Below, piece by piece: positions 55,193-64,000 of a stretch of 64,000 nucleotides of DNA. The translations under genes and the position numbers were made by a program. Source of the DNA: Candidatus Saccharimonadales bacterium. GTDB lineage: Bacteria; Patescibacteriota; Saccharimonadia; Saccharimonadales; JANWIN01. The number at the start of each line of letters is the position of its first letter. Within the stretch, counting starts at the first letter, position 1. The stretch is taken from the NCBI GenBank assembly GCA_038231155.1, contig JBBRLY010000013.1, forward strand, positions 132,305 to 196,304, written 5' to 3'. The notes under the pieces were generated by a model, which worked only from the letters and a program-made list of their open reading frames with translations, made no database searches and had not been told where the DNA came from.

Positions 55193-56275
55193 TTGTTAAC
55201 AGTATTTGCCGGGTTTTTTCTAGCTGCCCAAGGACAGCTTAATTTCCAGCTTTTGCTAGCGACATTAGTCGGAGTAGCATTAATTATTGGGTCGGCTTGT
55301 GTGTTTAATAATTACCTGGACCGGGATATTGACCGACAGATGACTAGAACTAAAAAACGGGCCCTAGTAAAAGGACTTATTCCAGTCAAAAACGCAATTA
55401 TATTCGCTGCAGTAATAGGAGCAGTAGGATTCGGTGTATTAACAATTTATACTAACTTTTTAACAGTTGTCGTAGGTTTTGTTGGGTTTTTCGATTATAT
55501 AGTTTTATATGGATTAACCAAACGCCGCTCGGCTTATGGCACACTAGTCGGAACAGTTGCTGGAGCAACCCCAATTGTTGCCGGATATACCGCCGTAACA
55601 GGTCACTTTGGTTTTGTAGCTGCATTACTATTTTTGATATTAGTTTTTTGGCAAATGGCTCATTTCTTGGCAATAGCGCTTTACCGATTTAAGGATTACA
55701 AGCAAGCTCATGTTCCAGTTTGGCCAGTTAAAAAGGGAACCAAATCAACAAAAATACATATTTTAATCTACATCTTAGCTTTTGGTATTTCTACATTGCT
55801 CTTGAGCTTCAGATTAAGAAGTTATTTTTTATTAATGATTATGTTTGGTCTTAGCACTACCTGGGCTTGGCGAGGAGTACAGAACTATCAAAACCAAAAT
55901 AGCTCCGCTTGGGGACGCAAAATGTTCTTATTCTCGTTAATTGTTATATCAGTTTTTTCGCTGAGCCTAGCTGTTGGTTCGCTGACTAAAAATAGTATAT
56001 TAGTGCTTACGATAATTACTCACACGCTTGTAGCACTTACCAGTTTAATTTATGCTTCCTACCTATACTTATATCCGTCGAAAGCTAAGTTCAACATCAG
56101 CTATGTTTTGGCAGGATTTAGCTTAATTAGTGGCAGCTATTTAGTTGGGACTGCTAATGCTAAAATCTTGGGTGCTTGTCTTAGTGGATTGCTGTACATA
56201 AGTTTTATCGCCTTTAGCATATTGGCTGCCCATCGTAAACTTGGCGTTCAAAAAATAAGTGGTAACGACAGCTAA
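55193..56275 (+). CDS. cyoE: Protohaem IX farnesyltransferase (haem O synthase) with C-terminal 2-TM extension; true start upstream of 55193
   Basis: UbiA-family motifs (NNYLDRDIDRQMTRTKKRAL, YTAVTG). The conserved N-terminal block YYQLTKPGIVYGNL is encoded in frame at 55154-55195, before any ATG/GTG/TTG. Confidence 0.8.
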   Translation: MLTVFAGFFLAAQGQLNFQLLLATLVGVALIIGSACVFNNYLDRDIDRQMTRTKKRALVKGLIPVKNAIIFAAVIGAVGFGVLTIYTNFLTVVVGFVGFFDYIVLYGLTKRRSAYGTLVGTVAGATPIVAGYTAVTGHFGFVAALLFLILVFWQMAHFLAIALYRFKDYKQAHVPVWPVKKGTKSTKIHILIYILAFGISTLLLSFRLRSYFLLMIMFGLSTTWAWRGVQNYQNQNSSAWGRKMFLFSLIVISVFSLSLAVGSLTKNSILVLTIITHTLVALTSLIYASYLYLYPSKAKFNISYVLAGFSLISGSYLVGTANAKILGACLSGLLYISFIAFSILAAHRKLGVQKISGNDS

Positions 56276-56291
56276 TTTTATTACAATAAGC

Positions 56292-57941
56292 TTAAAAGTG
56301 TTCACGAATATGGGACATCGTAAAGTCCCAGTCAGCTTTGGCCTTGATATGCGGATTAAATATATTAAGAGGATCAAAGGCATCTTTTAGATCATTGAAA
56401 TAACCTAACACTTCATTGCCAAACATTCGCCTGAGCCAGGGTCCTCGAATCAGACCATCGTTATGTTCTCCGCTTAATGAGCCGTGATACTTTAAAACCA
56501 GTTCGTTGACTTCCTTCATAGACGGTCGCAGTTTGGCGCGTTCATGTTTTTCCTCAATCTTCATGAGTGGAATTATATGAAAGTTTCCATCCCCCATATG
56601 CCCGGCAATAGTTGCAGTCAACTTGTATTTATTAATAATCTGGCGTAATTTCGGTAAAAACTGAGGTAAATATTGCGGTGGTACTACTAAATCGTCTATA
56701 TATGGGGCGGTGTGCTTGTCTTTGACTTTTTTGCGTAGCAGATTAAAACTTTCACGGCGCATAATTCTAAATTTCCAAGCTTTGGCGGCGGTTTCATCTT
56801 CTTCCATGGCCTCTAACTGGTATTTTTGAAGTAATATTTTCATAATATCCAGTTTTTCGCGTACCTCAGTCTGAGTTTGACCAGTGAATTCAATTAGTAA
56901 AATTAGCTTAGGTATACCGCGGAATAAAATTAAGCCATCTGGTATCAATTGAAAAGCTAATTTAATTAGCCCCCACCAACCTAAGTTATAGCGAAAGTAA
57001 GGGAAAAATCTTATAGATAGATTCAGGGTATAGTTGTCGAAAGACTCAAAGCTGGTAGGGTGCTGAGCTACTACCGTATTAATAAGCTCTCCAAGCTCGT
57101 CCATATTCTTCATAAAACAGACTAAGACCCCGCTATAGGGCTCTTTTGGCACTAACTTGATCTTTATATCGGTTATTAAACCAAGTGTTCCTTGAGAACC
57201 GACAATTGCCTTGGTCATATCAAAAATACCAGTTTGTCGGTCCCAAACATCCCAAATATTATAGCCAGTTGAATTTTTAGATACGTGCGGTTTGGCAGCT
57301 TTAATTTTGTCATAATGGTCGTCAACCAATGTAAAAACTTTTTTATAAAGCTGGCCTTCAAAATTATCTTGGGCCATTTTTTTATCGAGTTCGGCTTTAG
57401 TCAACGGTTTAAAGCTATATTCGTTACCGTCGCTTAAGACTATTTTAAGCTCCTGCACAAAATTAATTGTCTTTCCATAGCGTAGTGACATCTCACCACC
57501 AGAATTATTGGATACCATGCCACCTATAGTGCAAAGTTCACGGGAAGCTGGAAAACTTGGCATTAAGGCTTTATGCTTAAGTGTCTGAACTTCAAAGTCA
57601 CGATAGTACACCCCAGGTTGAATGTGCGCTTGTACTCCAGTTACGGCCTCAATCTTATTAAAGTGTTTAGTAAAATCAAGCATGATCGACTCGCCAATCG
57701 CGCCACCGCTCATATCCGTTCCGGCGCTACGAGCTGTTATATATAAGTCCGGATTAAGTTTTTTGTTAGTCGTTACATATTTGACAATATTCTGGACATC
57801 ATCAGTATCTATTGGCGAAACGACAACTTGTGGTTTTAGTTCAAATAAGCTGGCATCATGACTATACAAAGCTCTTGTATCTTCGCTGTCGTCAACTTCA
57901 CCCTTAATTAGTTTCTGAATTTCTGTTTTGAAAACAGGCAT
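56292..57941 (-). CDS. FAD-linked oxidase (D-lactate dehydrogenase / GlcD-like)
   Basis: PCMH-type FAD-binding N-terminal domain (ARSAGTDMSGGA, GGMVSNNSGG) and the C-terminal GSLSGEHNDG motif. Confidence 0.8.
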   Translation of the reverse strand: MPVFKTEIQKLIKGEVDDSEDTRALYSHDASLFELKPQVVVSPIDTDDVQNIVKYVTTNKKLNPDLYITARSAGTDMSGGAIGESIMLDFTKHFNKIEAVTGVQAHIQPGVYYRDFEVQTLKHKALMPSFPASRELCTIGGMVSNNSGGEMSLRYGKTINFVQELKIVLSDGNEYSFKPLTKAELDKKMAQDNFEGQLYKKVFTLVDDHYDKIKAAKPHVSKNSTGYNIWDVWDRQTGIFDMTKAIVGSQGTLGLITDIKIKLVPKEPYSGVLVCFMKNMDELGELINTVVAQHPTSFESFDNYTLNLSIRFFPYFRYNLGWWGLIKLAFQLIPDGLILFRGIPKLILLIEFTGQTQTEVREKLDIMKILLQKYQLEAMEEDETAAKAWKFRIMRRESFNLLRKKVKDKHTAPYIDDLVVPPQYLPQFLPKLRQIINKYKLTATIAGHMGDGNFHIIPLMKIEEKHERAKLRPSMKEVNELVLKYHGSLSGEHNDGLIRGPWLRRMFGNEVLGYFNDLKDAFDPLNIFNPHIKAKADWDFTMSHIREHF

Positions 57942-58023
57942 AACCTAAGCTTAACCGTCATCTGTTAGAGGTGCAAGCGGTTGACTGTGTATAACAGCTT
58001 AAAAACGTTAGAATATATAGTGA

Positions 58024-61000
58024 ATGACCAGTTTTGAGAAGCAGTACCAGAGACTTAATAAGGATCAGAAACGGGCCGTAGATACAATTGATGGTCCACT
58101 TTTAGTTATTGCTGGCCCCGGAACTGGTAAAACTCAATTGCTCGGCATGCGCATTGCTAATATCCTAAAAAAAACCGATTACGGCGCAAGTTCTATCCTA
58201 GGTCTAAGTTTTACCAATAAAGCCGCTGCCAATATGAAACAACGCTTACTAGATTTAGTTGGGCCAGAAGCCGATGCTGTTTACATAAGAACATTCCACA
58301 GTTTTGCAGCCGAAATAATGAGCCGTTATCCTGCTTATTTTTGGCGTGGTGCGCGCTTGGCAATTGCACCGGATGCCGTACAACTTGAAATTATCCAGCA
58401 AGTACTTAAACGATTACCGGGTGGACATCCTTTATCTTTACGATTTGCCGGTCAATACACCCAGGTTAAAGACGTTCAAAACTCCATAAATTTAGCTAAA
58501 GAAGCTGGCCTAACACCCGATAAATTAGAGGCCATTATTAAGGCCAATTTAGCCTATATCGACAAGATAGAATCGGTTATGTCTGATCTAGGAAATATAA
58601 GAGTCAGCACTTCTTCAGTTAGTAAAATTGAAAAAATTGTCCATAATTTACCTGATCAAAAAATTGAACCTCTCATTAAACCGCTTATCTCATTAGGAAC
58701 AATTATAAAAGAAAGTTTTGATGAGGCTATTAACCGGTTTGATCAAACTGGTAAATCACAGCCGCTCAGTAAATGGAAACAAAGATGGCTTCGACCAGTT
58801 GATGGGCAATATAAAATGGCTGCAGAACGACGTCGAAATGAATGGTGGTTAGCAGTGAGTGAAGCTTATAAAAAATACCGGCAACAGCTTCACCGTCGTG
58901 GCTACTATGATTATGCTGATATGTTACTCGAAGTTATTAGTCAAATCGAGCGTCGTCCAGATTTAAGGGCTGAGATTCAAGAGCAGTACCAATATGTGCT
59001 AATTGACGAGTTCCAAGATACCAATGCCGCCCAACTACGGTTAGCCCATTTAGTAGCTGATCATTTTTCGTCGTCAGGAAAACCTAACATTATGGCGGTA
59101 GGCGATGACGATCAATCAATATTTAAGTTCCAGGGTGCCGAGCTCAGTAATATGATCGGTTTTAAGCGTAACTACCCCAGTGCTCAAATCATAGTTCTGA
59201 CTAAGAACTACCGCTCGACTCAGCCTATCCTAGATAGTGCTGCTGGAATTATAAACCACTCGTCTTATCGATTAGTAAACAGTTTAACTGGATTAAATAA
59301 AGATTTAGAAGCTCAAAATGATGTCAGAAAAGGCCAAATTAACCATTTAAGTTACCGCTCTCGGCCCGAACAATTAGATAATTTAGCTAGTCTGGCGATA
59401 AAAGAATTAAATAAAACTAGGACTGTGGCTATACTAGCTCGCAGCCATAACAGTTTAAGAGATATCGCAGCTATTTTACTGCAAAAAAATGCTTCAATAT
59501 TTTACGAGCAGAGCAATGACATTTTTGAAAAACCAGCAATTATTGAGCTAATGAATTTATTAAGGCTTGTTATAGCCATTAAAAGCGGTGAAAAAGTATA
59601 TGCTTCACAATTATTATCTGAGATATTACCTCATCCGATGTGGCAATTAGATAGTAAAAAATTATGGCAGTTTGCAGTTTCACAGCAACAGAATGAAGAT
59701 TGGTACTTAGGTCTTTTAAATCATCCCAACAGGCAGTTTAAGACTATCGGGCGGTGGTTGAGCGAGCTTATTAAAATCAGCAGCCATCAGCCAGCTGTCG
59801 TAACCATAGAACAGGCTATTGGACTGCGAGAAGGACAAACTATGACTAGCCCACTAAGAGATTTTTATATATCTTTAGATAATCTAAGCCAAGAATATCT
59901 AGAAACGTTATCGGCTCTAGCTTTACTACGGGTTATGGCTAGTGAGTTTGGCTCTAGTAGTTCCAACGCTCTTCAAAACTTCGTCGATTTAGCCGATTTA
60001 ATGAGTCAAAATGGCCGAATATTAGCCGATACTACACCATTCCAAAACGCTGATAAATATATTGAACTATTAACGGTACATAAAGCAAAAGGTCTGGAGT
60101 TTGACAGCGTAATTATTGTCGATGCCACGGCTGACCAGTGGAGTCCTAGCGCTTATGGTCGTTTACCACCGGCTAATTTGCCACTGCGCCCAGCCGAAGA
60201 TGATGCAGACGACTACGCCCGGCTTATGTATGTTGCGGCTACCCGTGCTAGATCAACTTTATTAATTGGCAGCTATGATCAATCGATTAAAGGCGAGTTT
60301 GTACCTAGCAGTATCTTGATAGAACACTTAGACACTAAAACCATGCCGGCTCTTAGTGATAACAAGCTTATAAATGTGCTTGAAAATTCATTTAAATGGC
60401 CAAGGCTGGAGCAGGTTAATGAACGTCAGCTATTAAAGCCGCGCCTGGCGGATTATTCTTTAAGCGTAACTCATTTAATTAACTTTTTAGATATAGCGCG
60501 TGGTGGCCCACGTCGGTTTTTGGACAGGAATCTGCTGCGACTCCCGGAAATTAAAACTCCATCACAATCCTTGGGAACAGCCGTTCATAGCGCCCTACAA
60601 CTGGCCCAAAATTTGGTTAATATCAATAAGTTTAGCCTCGACGGAGTAATTAAAAAATTTGAACAGGCTCTTAGTTTAGAGGACTTAACTCTTAGCGATA
60701 AAGCTAAGCAACAGGCTATGGGTATTAGAATACTTAAACAATTATTTTCAGATCTTAGATTTAAACCAGTTAAGGGTGCTCAGCCTGAATATGTTGTGTC
60801 GGGAGCTCGAATCGGTCAAGCCATCATTAATGGCCAATTAGATGTACTCCAAAAAACTGAAACAAACATAATAATAACTGATTACAAAACCGGTCGACCT
60901 TTATCTTCGCTTAATGCAAAGTCGGGTGATGAAGGTTTAAAGGCTTGGCGACACAAATTACAGTTAACTTACTATGCATTGCTGGTTCAACTTCAACCCC

Positions 61001-61236
61001 ACTTTAAAAATAATCTACCATTAGTTGGTCAAATGCTGTACGTTGAATCAAGAAGCAAAAAAGATTTAATACGTACCTACCAGCCAAACCCTGAGGAGCT
61101 TACCCGGCTATCAAGTTTGATTCAAATTGTATGGCAACACATTATGGATCTGAATTTCCCAGATATTTCAGCCTATCAAAATAGTTTAGTCGGAGTCAGA
61201 CAGTTCGAAAACGATTTACTCAGTGGAAATATTTAA
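58024..61236 (+). CDS. UvrD/PcrA-type superfamily-1 helicase fused to a C-terminal PD-(D/E)XK (RecB-like) nuclease
   Basis: Helicase motifs AGPGTGKTQ, DEFQDTN, YRS and TVHKAKGLEFD. The C-terminal nuclease carries IITDYKTG...QLTYY. Confidence 0.8.
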   Translation: MTSFEKQYQRLNKDQKRAVDTIDGPLLVIAGPGTGKTQLLGMRIANILKKTDYGASSILGLSFTNKAAANMKQRLLDLVGPEADAVYIRTFHSFAAEIMSRYPAYFWRGARLAIAPDAVQLEIIQQVLKRLPGGHPLSLRFAGQYTQVKDVQNSINLAKEAGLTPDKLEAIIKANLAYIDKIESVMSDLGNIRVSTSSVSKIEKIVHNLPDQKIEPLIKPLISLGTIIKESFDEAINRFDQTGKSQPLSKWKQRWLRPVDGQYKMAAERRRNEWWLAVSEAYKKYRQQLHRRGYYDYADMLLEVISQIERRPDLRAEIQEQYQYVLIDEFQDTNAAQLRLAHLVADHFSSSGKPNIMAVGDDDQSIFKFQGAELSNMIGFKRNYPSAQIIVLTKNYRSTQPILDSAAGIINHSSYRLVNSLTGLNKDLEAQNDVRKGQINHLSYRSRPEQLDNLASLAIKELNKTRTVAILARSHNSLRDIAAILLQKNASIFYEQSNDIFEKPAIIELMNLLRLVIAIKSGEKVYASQLLSEILPHPMWQLDSKKLWQFAVSQQQNEDWYLGLLNHPNRQFKTIGRWLSELIKISSHQPAVVTIEQAIGLREGQTMTSPLRDFYISLDNLSQEYLETLSALALLRVMASEFGSSSSNALQNFVDLADLMSQNGRILADTTPFQNADKYIELLTVHKAKGLEFDSVIIVDATADQWSPSAYGRLPPANLPLRPAEDDADDYARLMYVAATRARSTLLIGSYDQSIKGEFVPSSILIEHLDTKTMPALSDNKLINVLENSFKWPRLEQVNERQLLKPRLADYSLSVTHLINFLDIARGGPRRFLDRNLLRLPEIKTPSQSLGTAVHSALQLAQNLVNINKFSLDGVIKKFEQALSLEDLTLSDKAKQQAMGIRILKQLFSDLRFKPVKGAQPEYVVSGARIGQAIINGQLDVLQKTETNIIITDYKTGRPLSSLNAKSGDEGLKAWRHKLQLTYYALLVQLQPHFKNNLPLVGQMLYVESRSKKDLIRTYQPNPEELTRLSSLIQIVWQHIMDLNFPDISAYQNSLVGVRQFENDLLSGNI

Positions 61237-61913
61237 CGTCTAGCTTTGGATCGGTTTTTAAACAGCGTGTTTGATCTTGTTGCTCTGGGCGAAGCTGAAG
61301 CCGCGCTAAACATTAGAAGGTATAGGTTGGAGCCGACTAAGGCACCTATTATTGGACCAGTAGCATAGGCCCAATTCCAAGACTGGATACCAAGTGCAAC
61401 AGCCGGGTTTAAGATACCATTGGATGCTAGCGAAGCAACCATAACACCAATTGCAAACGATATACCAATTACAGCTGCTCGCTTGGCTGGCTCAAAGTCT
61501 TGCAATATCGCTGCAGCCGCACCAAAGGCAAATATCATAGTTCCTAGAGCTTCAGCAACTAATACCTTCCAGGCAAAATGCTGACCAGCCATGCTTGTAA
61601 GTGGACGTCCTATAAAGTAGTGAATTAACCACCAAGCAGCCAAACCGCCAAGAATTTGCGAGCAAATGTAGATTATGGCTTTATAGGTGTCAATTTTACG
61701 CATTCCCCACATGCTCAGAGTTATTGCTGGATTAATATGAGCCTGGGAAATATTTCCGATAACTAGAGTCATAACACCAATGGTTAAGCCAGCTGCTAAG
61801 CCACTAAATAGCGGAAATGATGTTCTAGCTAACATGCTATATACCGCCATAGATAGTATTACCACACCTAAAAACTCTGCCACAATAATGGCAACCTTAT
61901 TACGTCCAAACAT
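61233..61913 (-). CDS. MIP-family channel (aquaporin/glycerol facilitator)
   Basis: Two NPA boxes (HINPAITL, ILNPAVAL) and six TM helices. Confidence 0.85.
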   Translation of the reverse strand: MFGRNKVAIIVAEFLGVVILSMAVYSMLARTSFPLFSGLAAGLTIGVMTLVIGNISQAHINPAITLSMWGMRKIDTYKAIIYICSQILGGLAAWWLIHYFIGRPLTSMAGQHFAWKVLVAEALGTMIFAFGAAAAILQDFEPAKRAAVIGISFAIGVMVASLASNGILNPAVALGIQSWNWAYATGPIIGALVGSNLYLLMFSAASASPRATRSNTLFKNRSKARR

Positions 61914-62003
61914 TTGGAACCCTCCGAGTTATTTTATGTGTTAATCATATAATAAGAAGGGTTAGTTAGCAATCTAAGCAAACAATATAATGTGTACAAC
62001 CTA

Positions 62004-62678
62004 TCAATTTTTGGCTTTGTGCCGTCGTAATACTTTGCTTGTAATAAATCCAGCCAGACCGGCTAGACCTATGGCTCCTAGTTGGCGGCGCAACTGATTC
62101 TTCTGAAAACCAGAGGGCGTTTCAAGTAATGTTATAACACTTAAATAGTCATGAACACCGCGCTGAACTTGCTCACGTCCATTGGCTAGCATTTTATCTG
62201 GGCAAACCAATTCACAGCGTCTGGAGAATGCGTCAATCGCCCAAGGTAGGTTTATATTTAAGTCATTATCGTTTAAGATTAAACGCTTCAGTGGACGTTC
62301 TTTAGATCGATTTAAATAACTTTCAACGAGTTTTTTTCTGTTTTCGTCATCGGGGCTAATTACAGGTAATAAATAATCCTGACTAAGACCTTGGGCTTCT
62401 GCCAATTTTGCCAGTTGTCGGCCAAATACTACTCCTAGATCATAGCCAGTTTCGATATCAACACGATCTTGACTATCGCCTTTATGATTAAATTCAATTA
62501 ATGCTCTTGCCGGATCTTCCAGAGGTAGAACGTGGTTTGGTACAAGAGTATTTAAAAGCCCGTTTCGGTCTAAGCTAGACATTAGGCCAAGATGCTCTTT
62601 TAAAACCGCGTCACTCAGCAAATGCAAGCTGGCTAGGCTTGGTTCCGGACCTGACAACTCATATTGTTCGGCTACCAT
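62004..62678 (-). CDS. Hypothetical tail-anchored protein (224 aa)
   Basis: Soluble body with a single C-terminal TM helix (LGAIGLAGLAGFITSKVL) and a basic tail. No motif recognised. Confidence 0.5.
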   Translation of the reverse strand: MVAEQYELSGPEPSLASLHLLSDAVLKEHLGLMSSLDRNGLLNTLVPNHVLPLEDPARALIEFNHKGDSQDRVDIETGYDLGVVFGRQLAKLAEAQGLSQDYLLPVISPDDENRKKLVESYLNRSKERPLKRLILNDNDLNINLPWAIDAFSRRCELVCPDKMLANGREQVQRGVHDYLSVITLLETPSGFQKNQLRRQLGAIGLAGLAGFITSKVLRRHKAKN

Positions 62679-62787
62679 ATGATTACACTAGTTATAGTGT
62701 ATCAGACAGGGTTGATTTTTTGCAGTAAATAGAACATAATAGTCAGCTGATTAAATACAGATAAACTTAATTAGGAAGTTATTTTAT

Positions 62788-63645
62788 ATGTCACCTGAGA
62801 GTAGTTTTTATGGTTTTAAAGGAGATCAAATGCTTGATACGCAAGAGCTTTTGCAAGAACGAGAACGTTTTTTTAAATTTGCAGATATAAATACTTTACC
62901 AGTATTCTGCGGCGATGAGCGTACACCGGTTAAGCAGGGCATGTATATACATGTATTTGGCGGTGTTGGATTCCAGGCTTATAACCTGGGTGTTATGCAG
63001 GAAGTTGTAAAACCAAGTTCAGTTAATCAACCGTTTGAAGATTTAGTAGTAGCACAAATATCTCCGCTACAGACCAGCAATGTGTTGGCTGGTGTACATA
63101 GTGACGAAAGCGCTGAACACGGAGACAAATTAAATGCTCATCAATTACTTGGCGATTTTGGCTGTGGCTATCTAGCTAAAAGAGGACCGATTGGTCTTTT
63201 AATTGTAGAGAAGGCTGACTTAATTATTGCCGAAACCAAAATTCTACGGCCGGAATTATTCCGCGGCAAAGTCGATGATAGGCATGCTGCAGCAGTCATT
63301 GAAGCTCAACAAAGGTTAGCCACCCGGCCAGGGTTTCTAACTGACGGTCGAACTATTGGCTTAAAGGCTATCCACCATGGCGCCCCGTCAATGGTAGTAT
63401 CTGGCAGTCATTCCGCTCAAGAAGGAATAATTAACTTGGTGTCTGATACATCATTTGATAATACCGAAGCCAATGTAAACGGTAGACCGACCTACGACCA
63501 CGATCAATGGGCAGCAATGGCCATGTTTGATAAAGTACGCAATTTATACCCTTATGATAAACGACACTACGATATCGCTTGTACTATTGATGCTATCGGC
63601 ACCATGAAGGCACTCGGTGTTGAGACAATTGCTGCACGCCGATAA
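62788..63645 (+). CDS. Hypothetical protein (285 aa) with Cys/His-containing conserved-looking blocks
   Basis: Blocks FCGDERTPV, GVHSDESAEHGD and FGCGYL could form a metal or catalytic site. No family recognised. Confidence 0.5.
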   Translation: MSPESSFYGFKGDQMLDTQELLQERERFFKFADINTLPVFCGDERTPVKQGMYIHVFGGVGFQAYNLGVMQEVVKPSSVNQPFEDLVVAQISPLQTSNVLAGVHSDESAEHGDKLNAHQLLGDFGCGYLAKRGPIGLLIVEKADLIIAETKILRPELFRGKVDDRHAAAVIEAQQRLATRPGFLTDGRTIGLKAIHHGAPSMVVSGSHSAQEGIINLVSDTSFDNTEANVNGRPTYDHDQWAAMAMFDKVRNLYPYDKRHYDIACTIDAIGTMKALGVETIAARR

Positions 63646-63657
63646 TATAAAGTATTT

Positions 63658-64000
63658 TTAGCGTCTGTTTCTACGACGTAATCCAGCAACTTGCAAACGA
63701 ACAGCATGACGATCAACCAGACTCTGAGCATGCTCCAGTGAGACTTGATCTTTGGCTTCAGCTACCATTTTCTTAGCTAGTTCAAAAGCTTTTTGAGCTT
63801 CTTGTTCATTTATATCTTCAGCATGATCGGCTTCATCAACCAGTAATTGCAAATTATCGTTAACTATCTCTATTGCTCCGCCACTAATTGCTAAATGATC
63901 CATCATATCATCGCGATCACCGGGCTTACGGCGGACACTGACTACGCCGTGTGTAGCAACGCTAACCAATGGCATATGCCCAGGCATAACTCCGATTTGA
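63658..64000 (-). CDS. atpC: F0F1 ATP synthase subunit epsilon, N-terminus outside window
   Basis: PGHMPLVS, AISGGAIEIVNDNLQLLVDEA and a C-terminal helical hairpin (INEQEAQKAFELAKK). The frame is open to the window end. Confidence 0.75.
   Translation of the reverse strand, partial: QIGVMPGHMPLVSVATHGVVSVRRKPGDRDDMMDHLAISGGAIEIVNDNLQLLVDEADHAEDINEQEAQKAFELAKKMVAEAKDQVSLEHAQSLVDRHAVRLQVAGLRRRNRR

Noticed and set aside
1-64000. CRISPR arrays, rRNA genes, IS elements/transposases, integrases, reverse transcriptases (DGR/retron) and toxin-antitoxin pairs.
   Set aside because: I noticed no regularly spaced direct repeats, no rRNA signature sequences and no proteins with the corresponding catalytic motifs. 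Absence is based on visual inspection only.

Overview
AT-rich (about 40% GC by eye, not computed), gene-dense bacterial chromosome segment using the standard code: TGA is a stop at many well-supported gene ends. The gene style suggests a small-genome Patescibacteria/CPR organism, Saccharibacteria-like. The cues are Lys/Glu-rich extensions on ribosomal proteins, many small orphan proteins, multi-domain enzyme fusions, and a cytochrome bo3-type oxidase as the only respiratory element. This lineage call is inference only. Contents, left to right: (1) an orphan purF-like gene interrupted by an in-frame TGA, tRNA-Thr overlapped by a LAGLIDADG-like gene, rpmG, a Glu/Leu/Phe/Val dehydrogenase and tRNA-Trp. 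(2) A fragmented rpmG / secE-nusG-rplK-rplA / rplJ-rplL cluster, split by a deoxynucleotide module (dNMP-kinase-like, dcd, Tmk-ThyX fusion) and two orphan genes behind a terminator/antiterminator leader. (3) dnaX, dnaB, ybaB, recR, nrnA-like, cysS. (4) Cell-wall enzymes (VanY-type, CapA, PBP5-type). (5) tRNA-Gln followed by a roughly 13 kb surface-glycan locus. It encodes a pyruvyl transferase, a flippase, two tandem QueC-like PP-loop ATPases, a GT4 fused to a giant polytopic domain, a GT4-NodB-GT4 triple fusion and a GT2. I consider this locus the most likely undescribed system in the window. (6) Small regulators and stress genes, plus a promoter-to-terminator structured small-RNA candidate. 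(7) Polyprenyl synthase, cyoABCDE and an FAD-linked oxidase. (8) A UvrD-nuclease fusion, an aquaporin, two orphan genes and the 3' part of atpC. I saw no rRNA, CRISPR array, transposase or integrase. All calls rest on motif recognition by eye; no searches or folding programs were run.
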